Of a stretch of 64,000 bases of DNA, positions 32,419 to 43,794 are shown piece after piece. Made by a program: the position numbers and the translations under genes. Source of the stretch: a virus; IMG/VR virus record IMGVR_UViG_3300043449_002204, positions 1 through 64,000 of that record. One strand, written 5' to 3'. The notes under the pieces were generated by a model that did no database searches, was not told the origin of the DNA, and saw nothing but the letters and a program-made list of their open reading frames with translations. Every line of letters begins with the position of its first letter. Position 1 is the stretch's first letter.

Positions 32419-33567
32419 TTATTGAGTTTTTATCGTAAAATACTTATATCCATAATTTTTTAAGTCACCAAAAGTAGCCACCTCTCCCAATCTTTGTATT
32501 TGTTCGAGAGCGGTATTCTTACCTCTCTCTATAAATACATTAGATACAATTTCTGGCTCACTTATCACATTAATTAATGCCTCATCTTTTGTGGTTGCAG
32601 AACAAACCAATGAATCTGTACAACCTGATGAATAAACAGTAAATATTGTTTTACCATCAGGGTAATCTCGATATTCAATATCATTAATTGTATATGCAGT
32701 AAAAGCGTTATTTGCCGCAACCCCTCTGTAAACCGCAACGGTGCCTGAAGCACCAGTTATTTTTTGGTCAATTCTATATTTTGTAGGACCGTATAATTCA
32801 ACTTGAGATAAAGAAGATGTTGTATATCCTGTAACAACAAATGGTATACTTATAAATTCACAGCAAGGATTTTCTGTTTCGCAATATTCGTCATAATGAT
32901 AAATGTAATCATATGATATTGGTGTCGCCGACCAATTGCCTCCCGCCGGTATAAAAAACGCCTCACCATTTGGATTATCAATTGTTACGTTTGTAAAAGG
33001 TGTGTATACTTTTTTCTTAACTATATTAACACCCCAAGGACTAAGTCCTGACATACTAATCTCAAACACACCATTTGAAGCGTAAGTGTGAGTATATGGT
33101 GTTGGTGCGGTTGAATTAACTACCTCTGAAGGGGAACCATCTCCCCAATCAATTCTATAATCAGCAAATTTTAAATATCTTTTAAATTCTTTATCAGACG
33201 TATTATAAAAACTGTAAGTATATGGTGCGGCCAAACTAGATGTAAAAAGAAAATTCACCATAGTGTCCTGTTGGGTCGCCAACCCATCAAATGCAGTATA
33301 ATATCCAAAATCAACTGTATTTTCACTTAAAAATATTGGTACCGTAATATTCAAAATTGAATTTCCGCTATCTCCTGATACTATCTCAGTCATTGATGAA
33401 TAAACATATACGGTCCCTGATGTCGCCCCTGTTAATGGTAGAGGGTCATCACAGCAAGAATCTTTTGGCCTTGGAAAACTATAACCACCTGAAGTAAAAT
33501 TTTTTGGAAATATTTTATGACTTATTACTTCGGGTGATATTCTAATATTATAAATCCTATCTTGCAT
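32419..33567 (-). CDS. PKD-domain (Ig-like) virion protein
   Basis: PKD signature IDWGDGS...YTHTYASNGVFEISMSG. Confidence 0.7.
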   Translation of the reverse strand: MQDRIYNIRISPEVISHKIFPKNFTSGGYSFPRPKDSCCDDPLPLTGATSGTVYVYSSMTEIVSGDSGNSILNITVPIFLSENTVDFGYYTAFDGLATQQDTMVNFLFTSSLAAPYTYSFYNTSDKEFKRYLKFADYRIDWGDGSPSEVVNSTAPTPYTHTYASNGVFEISMSGLSPWGVNIVKKKVYTPFTNVTIDNPNGEAFFIPAGGNWSATPISYDYIYHYDEYCETENPCCEFISIPFVVTGYTTSSLSQVELYGPTKYRIDQKITGASGTVAVYRGVAANNAFTAYTINDIEYRDYPDGKTIFTVYSSGCTDSLVCSATTKDEALINVISEPEIVSNVFIERGKNTALEQIQRLGEVATFGDLKNYGYKYFTIKTQ

Positions 33568-34349
33568 TATGATGGGTTAATATATTCATACCAGTTGATG
33601 GGTGTCCCCGTGCCAATTCTTGTACCTCCGTAATTGTATATTTTATAGGTATAAGTATTATAATCCAATACGACTTTGTGATAAAAATATCTTGCAGTAT
33701 CAAATGAAGTTGGGTCTGGTAATGTACTTGGATTAGCATTCATCATTCTTACAAAAATTCCCAATTTTGCATCGAAGAATTTGACTGTCATATAAAAAGT
33801 ATCCAAATTCAAAAACTTCTTATCTCTCATCCAATACATAAAAAATCCTTCTCTATTTTTTGTATAATCCAATATAAATTCAGGTCTTTCTACTGACACG
33901 TTTGGTAAATAAGGACTAATAGAAACAGAATCTTCTTCTCCTGTTTGTAAAGGTAAAATCACCGTAAAATAAATTGTTTGATTTTGATTCTCCGTTGAAT
34001 TATAAAAATCTAATTTGAAAAAAGATTTTTCAAAACTATTACTTATATAATAATTTTCTTCGGTTGTAAACCCTTCAGCTTGGTAATTATTTTCCCATGT
34101 TGTGGTATTTTCATCATAAAAGTAAAATTTGTAATTAACTCTTGTTTGTTGGTCGGTTCCATACTCATCGTGAGCAAATCTTAAAATATCAAAATCTTTT
34201 GCAAGTCCAATGACTTCCACTATCGCATTTTCCTCCCATAACTCAATACTTTCGCTCTGACCGTAGTTGTCCCAATTTATTTCAATTGGCAACTCAATGG
34301 CTTTGGTTCCAGTAGGTATTGTAAAATAATATTTATTATTCGCAGCCAT
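33567..34349 (-). CDS. Hypothetical virion protein
   Basis: 260-aa aromatic-rich ORF overlapping its neighbours in the operon. Confidence 0.7.
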   Translation of the reverse strand: MAANNKYYFTIPTGTKAIELPIEINWDNYGQSESIELWEENAIVEVIGLAKDFDILRFAHDEYGTDQQTRVNYKFYFYDENTTTWENNYQAEGFTTEENYYISNSFEKSFFKLDFYNSTENQNQTIYFTVILPLQTGEEDSVSISPYLPNVSVERPEFILDYTKNREGFFMYWMRDKKFLNLDTFYMTVKFFDAKLGIFVRMMNANPSTLPDPTSFDTARYFYHKVVLDYNTYTYKIYNYGGTRIGTGTPINWYEYINPS

Positions 34350-36117
34350 CTATAATCATTGTTTGAGTTGTTGCATTATTAAAACTATACTCCTTATAAT
34401 TACTACCTTCAGGTATTATTCTAAATATGATGTTTCTAAATGTGTGATGTCTCCCGTTCATAAATGGCCAATTGGTCCCAATATTTTCACTATCAATATA
34501 TCCATAGTCATATAAATCTCTCCAAATGAAAACATTTCTATTTTCAGAAAAATATGCGTAATCAGGAATACCAACAGTATTTTTTGGTCCGGCCTCTTCT
34601 AAATAATCTGAATAATCTCTTAAATTAATTCCAAAATGAGGTTGATAATAATAACCAAACGGATTGTTAGGTTGTCCCGCCGAAGTATTAAATGTTAATT
34701 CATTAAATCTTATTTTATGATAATGTGTTGCAACTTCATATTCTTTTTGTTCATAATCATTCCATTCACATAAATCACCATCTAAAACATCTCCAACATT
34801 TGGTGTATTTGTATATATAAAATTGTATGGTCCTCCTAATGGATTTGTACCAAAAGGTGGAGGTACATTATATGTACTAGTTGGTAATCCTGTGTTTGAT
34901 GCCGAATTACTATCTTGCCACCAATTTGTTGGTAATCCTGTAAACGGGTCCAATGGTAAATTAAATTCCCAACCTTGTTTTAAACTCTTAGTCCAACCAA
35001 AATACCCTCTCCAAATTGTAGTATAGTACAATTTAGTCACAGGTCGTCTTTGATTATCAACCAAATTATTTATATCAACATCAGAATTAAATGATAAAGT
35101 ATAACTTTGGGAACCCTCCTTTGTTGATATTCTTTCAAATTGATTTGGGGTATAAGGTTCCCTTTCTAATTTTGCTGTTGTTTTGAAAATATTTTGTTCA
35201 TATCCCGAGTTAACTAAAACAGATGCTGATGGTGGTGTTAAAACCTTATGTTTTCTAACGTAATATTCTGAAGTGGTTTCATTTTGATTATTTTGTAATA
35301 CAACACGTTTAAATGTTGATTTTAATCCAGTTGAAATTGTTGTAAACCCAGGGTCTTGTATGTTTACCACATACTCATCACTACCAACTGTTTCATTACC
35401 TAGTGAATATACCGAGAAAAAATCAATATTATTAAAATTAAATGGTGATTTAAATTTTACAAATTCACCAGGAGACATTCCATGTTTTATAGGACACCAT
35501 AACTGTATTACTTTTAAACCTCGTAATGTTGTTAACTTTACCACAAACGGTATTCCGTCAGAAACTGTCCAACTTATGTTTTGAGTTCCTGATACACCAG
35601 GAATTAAAAATGTTGCGCTCATGTTTTGTGTTGTATCGTTTTCATATGCGTAAGTCATACAAAAACTCCAATTATATTTTGCAACATCTTTTGGTCTAAA
35701 TATTAAATGTTGGTCAGGTGGTTGAGTATAATATGGTTGATTAAAATCATTACGAATAAAATCAAATTCATTATATTGTGGTAATCCAATCCAAGTTGCG
35801 GGGTCACCAGCACAGGCTGCCGCTGCCGCAACATCAGCATTTAAATAATAAAGATTATTAATAAAAGGAGTATAAGTAGAATAACCAGAATAAGCGTTTT
35901 GAAATAACAGGGTGTATTTAGCAACCGGTCTAATTAATGTGGATTTTTGTCTTTCATCATCAAACACCTGTTGTAAACTAATATCCGCACTCCTATCAAA
36001 TTCAATTAGTAATTTTTGACTTTGAACGAAAGGTACTTTTAATCCTATATCAGTGTCAGGAGCTGACTGATATCTTAAAGAACCTAATATTACTCGCGTA
36101 TCATTAATATTTCCCAT
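34336..36117 (-). CDS. Hypothetical virion protein
   Basis: 593-aa ORF, tightly packed in the operon. Confidence 0.72.
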   Translation of the reverse strand: MGNINDTRVILGSLRYQSAPDTDIGLKVPFVQSQKLLIEFDRSADISLQQVFDDERQKSTLIRPVAKYTLLFQNAYSGYSTYTPFINNLYYLNADVAAAAACAGDPATWIGLPQYNEFDFIRNDFNQPYYTQPPDQHLIFRPKDVAKYNWSFCMTYAYENDTTQNMSATFLIPGVSGTQNISWTVSDGIPFVVKLTTLRGLKVIQLWCPIKHGMSPGEFVKFKSPFNFNNIDFFSVYSLGNETVGSDEYVVNIQDPGFTTISTGLKSTFKRVVLQNNQNETTSEYYVRKHKVLTPPSASVLVNSGYEQNIFKTTAKLEREPYTPNQFERISTKEGSQSYTLSFNSDVDINNLVDNQRRPVTKLYYTTIWRGYFGWTKSLKQGWEFNLPLDPFTGLPTNWWQDSNSASNTGLPTSTYNVPPPFGTNPLGGPYNFIYTNTPNVGDVLDGDLCEWNDYEQKEYEVATHYHKIRFNELTFNTSAGQPNNPFGYYYQPHFGINLRDYSDYLEEAGPKNTVGIPDYAYFSENRNVFIWRDLYDYGYIDSENIGTNWPFMNGRHHTFRNIIFRIIPEGSNYKEYSFNNATTQTMIIDGCE

Positions 36118-36119
36118 TT

Positions 36120-39100
36120 TTAAAATACGATAGTATCAGTTTGTACCCATTTTACCAAGAATCTATCAAAGGCACTAGCTCCTTTGGTTAACCCAAAATA
36201 AAAATAAAATGGTGCAGTATTGTTTATTTTTCTATCGATTGGTCCAGATGGTGGTGGTGTATAATTAGGATATGAAAAGTCAACTTGTCCTCCAACTACA
36301 TTATATATGTATCCTTTAAAATTTGATTCTGATGATGGGTCATTAGGTATCATGGTTCTAGAACCAATCGGCATTGAATCATCAATTCTATCTATACTTT
36401 GATACCTAATATGGTTAAATTCTCCGGAAATCGGTATAGTATACCATTCATTTTTTTGGTCTCCAAAAATACTATCTTCTGCAGCCCCTTCCGAATTTTG
36501 TTTTATATTCCATAAATACATAGGTATGTCCTGTGAAAACACTGGAAATTCATCAAAAGTACAAGTAAAATTTGGGTCAGAACCTGGAGAAACTATTGTT
36601 CTTTTTGGTGATAACCAATCTCTGATTTGTGTGTTTGCAGAAAAAGCAACTCCGAATACGTTACTGTCAGATTCTGCACTATTAAAGAAAATATCATTTG
36701 GGTCCTCATATACAGTACTATCGTAAGGTATTACCCCTATTTGAGAATTTATGGCCCCCATTTGAGCATAATCGGCATCAATTTTATTATTATCTCGTGA
36801 GAAAAATCTTTTAACAGGGTCATTAGCCAATCCTAAACGAGCCGCATCTTTTATAGTATCTCGAATACTTCCACTGACCATTCTTGATGTTATAAATAAA
36901 TTCAATAATTCGTCAGTATCTTGGAATGAAGTTGCCGCGAGTCTATTTACTACATACCCTTGAAACTCATCGCTGTAAGATAATTCGTCCATATAATCAT
37001 TTCTTGGTCCCAAATCCATTATTGTTGTGGGAAACATTAAATCTTTTTGGTTGCCTTTAAGATTTGTATTTAAAATTCCTCTTGGGTTATCTCTACCAAT
37101 ATATCCAAATGATTCTGAATATGGCGCAACTCTATAGTAGAAAGTATTAGTTTTAGGGTCTAAGAAAATTAAATGTTTACATGAACATGAATATGGTTGA
37201 TTTGGCCCTAAACTGTTCGGGTTATTAGGGTCAATACCTGGACTTGTATATCTTGTCTCGTTTTGGAATGGGAATGCATATAATGTACCATTAATCCATT
37301 GATTTGTAAAAATATGTCCGAAAACATTTCTACAAGCGGCAAAACTAATTTTCATTCGTAACATCCACTCAAACATTAAATACAAATCGACTTTTAATGA
37401 TTTTAAAGGTTTTGTAACCAATTTATAACATCCATTTACTAATATTTTTTCACCTGATACATAATTAAAATTACCCCAACCTCCATTTGTATAACAATTA
37501 TCTCCAGATGGTCTAACGTACACAAATCCACTGGTTGGGTCTACATAATAACACTCAAGTGGTACTAGTCCTTCACAAGAATATGTACTTGCAATACCAC
37601 CATTCGATACTGCCGGATTTGTATTTAAAGAATCTTGATTGTCCTGTCCATTACCCTCACCTATAGTTAATGTCGCAGTTCCTGCAGTAACATTAGTAGT
37701 TAAACCGTCATCTGGTATTGGATAGAATGATAATAGTGTGTTACTCATTAAAGGTAAACTATAATCGATGGGGTTATTTGTATTCGTTTGTCCGTCTTTT
37801 GGAGTGTTTGACATTGGAAGTCTATCTGACCTCATTATAATTTGTCTATCATCATCACCTAACACCATGCTCATAGCTGTTTCTGGGTATCTTTGTGAGA
37901 AAAACCAATTTACAGGTACGGAATTAAATTGTGGTGCGGCTGTTAATGGATTAGGATTAATAAGTCCTAAAACAGATACCGATACCTCATATCTTTGGCC
38001 AGCGGCTCCCGCCTCTATTCCAAAAACAGAACCTCCCTCAACTATTTCATTTTTAAAATAACCTCTATTTCTTCCATTTAGTGGTGTATTATATCTATTT
38101 TCATCACCGGTTAATGCCCCTCCACTTAATGTGGGATTATAATACACCACAGAATCAAGGGGTAATAAAGGTGCGGTTAAAATCGTGGAATTGGTATTAT
38201 ACCATAATTCCCTTGAATAGTCGTTGTTATTATTAATTGTCACAGTGGAGTCTCCTCCTCCGCCTCCATTAATTACTTGGTTAATAGTTAAATCAGGAAT
38301 ACCATTAGACCCGTTTAAGTTTAATGCGTCTAAACTAGAATAAAAAGAAGGTTTGGTGCTGGTAAATGGTATAAATATTGTAGGGTCTGGTTTGAAAGCA
38401 AAAGATTTATGATATAACTTTTGTGATGAATAAACAGTATCAGTGGCATCACTTGATGATAAATTATGTCTAACACATCTAATTCCAGGTTGTATTGGTA
38501 TATTTAATTTAGCCTTGTTAATTGTGACTGTTTTACCGGGTTCTCCAAAATTATATCCAAATATACGACTTAAATCATAGGTACATCTTGTTCTTGTTGA
38601 GTTAGGGTCAACTCCTCTAACCATGAAAATAACTTTAAAATCACTGAATCCTGAAATACATTCAATTGGGGTTAAAATTTCATTATTATATTGTTGGAGT
38701 ATGTCTGGATTATTAGGTATATCAACTCTATTGGTTATTACTCTTACTCCTCCATTTAAGTATCTATGAGCAAAACAATTAGGTGCCAATGAAACCGAAT
38801 TACTTTCCGCGATAACATCGGCAACGGTTCCTGAATAAATCACTTGGAAATATTCTTGGTCCATAGGAAATTTAGCATATTTACCGTCATCTCCTGATGT
38901 CCTTATTTGGTAATTAGCAGATAATGAAGAAGGTTGACCCGGAGTTATATCAGGGTTAGCATACTCTAATGTGACAAAAGATTGATAAACTACATTAACA
39001 ACTCCATCAGGTCCAACAAAAGATATAGGCGAACCTACTGGAGTGCCAGTTATTGATTCTGTTCCATATTGATTTATAGTAGATGTAAATGCGGTTAAAT

Positions 39101-41402
39101 TAGGGTCACTATTATCAAATCTTTTTGTAAATGTAAAAAGAGAACCACCACTTATTGGAAAATCGGTTGCAGAGTCAAGTACAAGTGCAACAATATTATC
39201 ATAGTGAAATTCATTAGGATTATTATCAATATTGAATGTTACTTTTATTCTATTTACGCCGCCACCAGGATTTGTGCTACCATATTGGTCAAAATATTTT
39301 GCCTTAGTATTAAATAAATTAATTTTTTCAGAAAAAGGTAAACTAAATGAAAAACTTTTACAATCATTTTCTATTAATCCTGATGGTCCGACATTAGCAG
39401 ATTCTGATTGTGGTACTGTTGTTAAACCACTAAAATTTAAAGTACTTCCTGTATATCTCAAATTTTGATACTCAACAGTTTGTGTGAATGAACCGTCTTG
39501 AATATTTAAAGTATTTAGTCCTGACTGTCCTGGAAAACTACCAGGGTCAACAGGTGTTGTTGTTGGGGTCGCACAATCACATAATTCACAGTCAGGATAT
39601 GTGAGTGCGGGTAAATTCATAACTTGATTTTCACATTTATCTTCCCATTCATTACAAACTCCCTTCATTTTATCACAAAAATCAGAATTAGGGAAAAATT
39701 TACATACGAATCTTTTAATACTACATAAAAAATCCGCTAATAAACAGACTATCTTCGCAACAATATGTTTTATAAAAATGACCGCAATTAAAATTGGTAT
39801 GGCAATGAGTGATAATATTTTAAATAAAAGATATAATATATCAAATTGAAACTGCCCATCATTAAAAGGAAATGGATTTGTAGTACTTTCGCAAGTATCA
39901 TCTAAAATATCTCTAATTGCCAAAAATTTCTTATTACCACTACTTGCACGATATTCTGTCAAAAGTTGTGAAACAGTATAAACTTTATTATACTTCATTT
40001 CATAAAACCTATCTTCGCAATTAACCGCCTCTTGTACCATACGTTGACCTAATGTTGTTAAAACACCCGCATTTGTCTGTCCATAGTCTTTCCAATCTAA
40101 ACTAAACGCATATGATGCGGCAACTGCCTTAAAATTAATGTCATTCCAATCATTCGGATTAGGAGCGATGCAATTTACATAGTCTGTTGTGTTAAAATAA
40201 GAAGGGTCATCGGTTGTACTTGACCATCCCCATTCTTTTATATTAGGTACCAAAAAGGTTGCTCTTTTAACAGGTCCACTTAGAGTTGCCGGTTGCTCCC
40301 ATTTTATTTTAAATCGATATTTTGCCTTTGTTGGTACACCAATTTTTGGGTCATTAGAAAATGTTCTTTCTCCAAATTCATTAGTATAAACAAAATCTAA
40401 ATTCATCGGAACATCAATAAGCCAAGTTCCATTATCATCAATAACCTTACCTCCTTCGTCTAATTGATATACCTCTAATACAGGATATCCGAGGGAGTCA
40501 ATCGCAATTGTTTGTCTAATTGCTAATATCTCACCAGGACCTGAAGTAAGTGTACATAAGTTACCTAATTTTCTATTTACCTTACATTTTTTCTTAACCG
40601 CTCTTTTATCTTCATTTGATATCAAAGAACCCATAAAAATAGCAGCAGGTTGTATCGTAATACCTGCCTCTTTAACTAAGTCAAAATCAGTTCTTGTGAT
40701 TCCTAATTCACAAACCTCTGGTTGACCCCACAATGGATAAACCTCAATAACCCTATTAAAACTTAATAACTGTGGTAAACTATCAAGATTTGATGATGAA
40801 TTAAATAATAAACCAGAAACCTGATTTTCTGTCGCAACACCAATTCTAACTAAATCTTGCGGTGACATTGAAAATTCTCCAATATCAGACAAATCTATAT
40901 CGACATGTACTGTTTGACTACCAAGTGGTACTCCAAAAAGCATGAAGTCTCCGCTATCATTTGTTTTGGCAGTGAATTTAAAATACCTATCATAAATCTC
41001 TATTAAAGTAGGATTGGTTAATACATCTTTTCTAGATGGAAATGTTCCTGTAGGAGTGTGCCCTCCGTGAGATTTAGTATATGGTAATAAATTATATCTA
41101 TAACCTTCATCATTAACATCATCTAATGTTTTATAAGGATATAATTCCGAAATAACGGGATTCAATTCGTCCTCATCAGTTAGAGGTACAAAAATAGAAA
41201 CCTTGCAGTTTGGTAATCCTAATCCATTATTTGCAGTTATTCTACCTACAACAACTCCATAGTCAGCACAAATTCGACTATATATGTCACTTTGTAGTAT
41301 TTTTAACGACAATATTTCGAGAGATTCGAAGTCCTGTTCTAATTGTACTTTAATAGCTTTATCTTTACCGACTTCAGTCCTAACTCTATATGATTTTGGC
41401 AT
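36120..41402 (-). CDS. 1760-aa baseplate-region protein with an N-terminal carboxypeptidase-regulatory/prealbumin-like domain and an internal hydrophobic helix
   Basis: YGVVVGRITANNGLGLPNCKVSIF...TAKTNDSGDFMLFGVPLGSQTV; hydrophobic segment ILYLLFKILSLIAIPILIAVIFI. Confidence 0.7.
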   Translation of the reverse strand: MPKSYRVRTEVGKDKAIKVQLEQDFESLEILSLKILQSDIYSRICADYGVVVGRITANNGLGLPNCKVSIFVPLTDEDELNPVISELYPYKTLDDVNDEGYRYNLLPYTKSHGGHTPTGTFPSRKDVLTNPTLIEIYDRYFKFTAKTNDSGDFMLFGVPLGSQTVHVDIDLSDIGEFSMSPQDLVRIGVATENQVSGLLFNSSSNLDSLPQLLSFNRVIEVYPLWGQPEVCELGITRTDFDLVKEAGITIQPAAIFMGSLISNEDKRAVKKKCKVNRKLGNLCTLTSGPGEILAIRQTIAIDSLGYPVLEVYQLDEGGKVIDDNGTWLIDVPMNLDFVYTNEFGERTFSNDPKIGVPTKAKYRFKIKWEQPATLSGPVKRATFLVPNIKEWGWSSTTDDPSYFNTTDYVNCIAPNPNDWNDINFKAVAASYAFSLDWKDYGQTNAGVLTTLGQRMVQEAVNCEDRFYEMKYNKVYTVSQLLTEYRASSGNKKFLAIRDILDDTCESTTNPFPFNDGQFQFDILYLLFKILSLIAIPILIAVIFIKHIVAKIVCLLADFLCSIKRFVCKFFPNSDFCDKMKGVCNEWEDKCENQVMNLPALTYPDCELCDCATPTTTPVDPGSFPGQSGLNTLNIQDGSFTQTVEYQNLRYTGSTLNFSGLTTVPQSESANVGPSGLIENDCKSFSFSLPFSEKINLFNTKAKYFDQYGSTNPGGGVNRIKVTFNIDNNPNEFHYDNIVALVLDSATDFPISGGSLFTFTKRFDNSDPNLTAFTSTINQYGTESITGTPVGSPISFVGPDGVVNVVYQSFVTLEYANPDITPGQPSSLSANYQIRTSGDDGKYAKFPMDQEYFQVIYSGTVADVIAESNSVSLAPNCFAHRYLNGGVRVITNRVDIPNNPDILQQYNNEILTPIECISGFSDFKVIFMVRGVDPNSTRTRCTYDLSRIFGYNFGEPGKTVTINKAKLNIPIQPGIRCVRHNLSSSDATDTVYSSQKLYHKSFAFKPDPTIFIPFTSTKPSFYSSLDALNLNGSNGIPDLTINQVINGGGGGDSTVTINNNNDYSRELWYNTNSTILTAPLLPLDSVVYYNPTLSGGALTGDENRYNTPLNGRNRGYFKNEIVEGGSVFGIEAGAAGQRYEVSVSVLGLINPNPLTAAPQFNSVPVNWFFSQRYPETAMSMVLGDDDRQIIMRSDRLPMSNTPKDGQTNTNNPIDYSLPLMSNTLLSFYPIPDDGLTTNVTAGTATLTIGEGNGQDNQDSLNTNPAVSNGGIASTYSCEGLVPLECYYVDPTSGFVYVRPSGDNCYTNGGWGNFNYVSGEKILVNGCYKLVTKPLKSLKVDLYLMFEWMLRMKISFAACRNVFGHIFTNQWINGTLYAFPFQNETRYTSPGIDPNNPNSLGPNQPYSCSCKHLIFLDPKTNTFYYRVAPYSESFGYIGRDNPRGILNTNLKGNQKDLMFPTTIMDLGPRNDYMDELSYSDEFQGYVVNRLAATSFQDTDELLNLFITSRMVSGSIRDTIKDAARLGLANDPVKRFFSRDNNKIDADYAQMGAINSQIGVIPYDSTVYEDPNDIFFNSAESDSNVFGVAFSANTQIRDWLSPKRTIVSPGSDPNFTCTFDEFPVFSQDIPMYLWNIKQNSEGAAEDSIFGDQKNEWYTIPISGEFNHIRYQSIDRIDDSMPIGSRTMIPNDPSSESNFKGYIYNVVGGQVDFSYPNYTPPPSGPIDRKINNTAPFYFYFGLTKGASAFDRFLVKWVQTDTIVF

Positions 41403-41421
41403 TACTTGCTCTATTTTTTAA

Positions 41422-41428
41422 ATAAATA
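41422..41428 (-). promoter_or_regulatory. TATTTAT motif, putative phage late promoter
   Basis: About 20 nt upstream of the ATG at 41402. Confidence 0.45.
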
Positions 41429-41478
41429 GTTTATTGTCTATTTTCAAAAGATAGAGTAAATCTGATTAAAATAAATTA

Positions 41479-43317
41479 TCACGAAAAATTGACTGATTTA
41501 AAGTTCTTAACTCTAACTGTAATATCTTTACCAGGAAATCTAACCTGATATGTTTGATTTGGTTCGGCAAAAATTGTATCATCAATTAACTCAATTTCAC
41601 GAGTTTCAGCGTTAGAATATCTCTGTGAAGTTTGAGATGATGAATATTGACCACCGACCAAATTATAAAATGTAATATTTGCCAAGGTAATAACACCGTT
41701 TTCATTTTGTATTTGTCTACGTAACTCAGAGATATACACATTCTCACCCATTTGTCGGTTTAATGGACTGAAAAAATCTGTGACAATATTAATAACTTGC
41801 GAAATCAAAGCTCCTTGGTTTTGACTACTATCTAAAACAACTTCAATAACTGTAGATAAATCAATAACATTTGCTGACATTATTGATATATAGTCATTTA
41901 ACATTCTATAATTTGATAGATAATTTGCAACATTACTTTTCAATGTATTAGATACAACCTCTGTTAGTTTTCCTGTTTCATCGTAAGCCAACATTTGTAT
42001 CTTAATCTTATTATTTTCTTCCGTGATTGCAACTTTTGCCGGCGCTCCGAATTGTGATGGCATCGTTCTAATAATTGAATCGTAATCATTCACAGTTACC
42101 GCTCTATTTTGAGCGGCGAAATTAAATGACACCAGGTTTCTAACTTCTTCAGTTGTTGGTATGTTTGCCCCTCCAATTGCCGCAGTAACATTGTTACACT
42201 TTAGTGAATTAATAACACTAGTATTAATAGAAGATGAAGGTCCATTTACATAAAAGGATATCGTACCTATTTGTGTTATAACATTAACACCTACATTACT
42301 ACTTAAACCACCACCCACTCTGTATTGTACAAATAAAGTAGTGTTCGCTTTTAAAGTACTACCCAAAGCAAAGTTATTTGAATACTTATATAAATCTAAT
42401 TTATACCCGTTTCTCGCAAACTCTTTTAATTGTTCGTCGGCAGATTGACTACCTCCACCAAAAGTTATCTTCATATAACCTTCAGGTGTAAATTCAGTTA
42501 TAAACTTATTTGATGTTGTTATATATTTTCCTACTTTAATACCTGGCGAATCAGAGGTTTTAGTTGGGTCTTCAACAAATACCCTATCTTGTGCAAGTGC
42601 CTGAACTTCATACCATCTGTTATCTAATCCTAAAAATTCTTGGGTTGATGGTACATTTGCATATTGAGTACCGTCCTTTAATAAAACACTTGTAACACCT
42701 AGTACATTTTTTTCAGGTAAGAATAATTCAAAAAATGGTTTTACATCATTAGGAGTTATTACCCTTTTGAATACTTTTGTAACCCCGTTAACTACAGTCT
42801 CCCTCTTAACTATTGTGTAATTTATTAAGATATTATTTGAATCAAAATTAGGTATCACTAATCTATTTGGAGCACCTTCGGCATTAACTGCGGAAGAAAA
42901 ATCAATATCGTATACTGTCTCAAAAATTTGTCCTGCTCCGTTAACCTGAGAACCTCGTCTTAAAATACCACAATATCTTAAATCCTCCTTATCACCAAAC
43001 GCAGGAACTGTAATTGCCAAATCGACTAATGCTACCGAAGGTCTTTGACCTGGAACTTTTAATCCGTAAGTTCTCGCAATATTATATATTGATGACCTTT
43101 GTTGTGCATATTGTAATACTGTTTCTTGGATACTCCTATCAATGTTGAATTGTAGGTTATCAGTAACCGCGGCATTTAAATCTAATAACACCGAGAAAAC
43201 CGAAGCGTCATTAACATTGTCAATTAAATCAGGATAATACGTTCTTGTAAAATTTACTAGTTCAGCCCTTATCGCTTCAAAATCTCGGGTGGTATATGAT
43301 ATCTTTTTGTTTGCCAT
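41479..43317 (-). CDS. Baseplate wedge subunit (T4 gp6/baseplate J-like)
   Basis: N-terminal ISYTTRDFEAIRAELVNF, IYNIARTYG, YRVGGG and QNRAVTVNDY; directly follows a gp25-like gene. Confidence 0.85.
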   Translation of the reverse strand: MANKKISYTTRDFEAIRAELVNFTRTYYPDLIDNVNDASVFSVLLDLNAAVTDNLQFNIDRSIQETVLQYAQQRSSIYNIARTYGLKVPGQRPSVALVDLAITVPAFGDKEDLRYCGILRRGSQVNGAGQIFETVYDIDFSSAVNAEGAPNRLVIPNFDSNNILINYTIVKRETVVNGVTKVFKRVITPNDVKPFFELFLPEKNVLGVTSVLLKDGTQYANVPSTQEFLGLDNRWYEVQALAQDRVFVEDPTKTSDSPGIKVGKYITTSNKFITEFTPEGYMKITFGGGSQSADEQLKEFARNGYKLDLYKYSNNFALGSTLKANTTLFVQYRVGGGLSSNVGVNVITQIGTISFYVNGPSSSINTSVINSLKCNNVTAAIGGANIPTTEEVRNLVSFNFAAQNRAVTVNDYDSIIRTMPSQFGAPAKVAITEENNKIKIQMLAYDETGKLTEVVSNTLKSNVANYLSNYRMLNDYISIMSANVIDLSTVIEVVLDSSQNQGALISQVINIVTDFFSPLNRQMGENVYISELRRQIQNENGVITLANITFYNLVGGQYSSSQTSQRYSNAETREIELIDDTIFAEPNQTYQVRFPGKDITVRVKNFKSVNFS

Positions 43318-43323
43318 GTATTA

Positions 43324-43782
43324 TTAAATATTAATTATAACAAAATCACTACTATTAAAAACACTATCTGTAATTACATAGTCGATTCTTACAACTGCCG
43401 TATGTTCCATTTGTCCAATACCAGGTACTCTATAAACTTTTTCACCATCGTCATTAACATACTCACCTTTACCTTCCTCACCTTCAGATGCCGCTTTAAC
43501 AGAAATACTTGTTAAAGTTAGGTTAGGTAGATACTGTTGTACAGACTCTCGTATTTCCGCTTCTATTTCAGAAAAAGTTGGTCCATCTAATGGTTCGAAA
43601 ATAAATTCATATAACCTTGTTCCAAAATCAGGTAAAAAATACCTTGAGCCCTTTCTAGTTAATAAAAGATGAATTAAATCTGTTCTTATTTCTTCATCCG
43701 CAGTTTGAGATAATGACAAATATTTACCCGTTTTAGAATCAACGAATGGGAAATTTATACCGTATGTATTACCTAATGCCAT
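43324..43782 (-). CDS. Baseplate wedge subunit/sheath initiator (T4 gp25/GPW-like)
   Basis: GINFPF...LIHLLLTRKGSRYFLPDFGTRLYEFIFEP signature. Confidence 0.9.
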   Translation of the reverse strand: MALGNTYGINFPFVDSKTGKYLSLSQTADEEIRTDLIHLLLTRKGSRYFLPDFGTRLYEFIFEPLDGPTFSEIEAEIRESVQQYLPNLTLTSISVKAASEGEEGKGEYVNDDGEKVYRVPGIGQMEHTAVVRIDYVITDSVFNSSDFVIINI

Positions 43783-43786
43783 TTGT

Positions 43787-43794
43787 TATAAATA
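43787..43794 (-). promoter_or_regulatory. TATTTATA motif, putative phage late promoter
   Basis: 4 nt upstream of the gp25-like ATG at 43782, where the structural genes resume. Confidence 0.5.
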
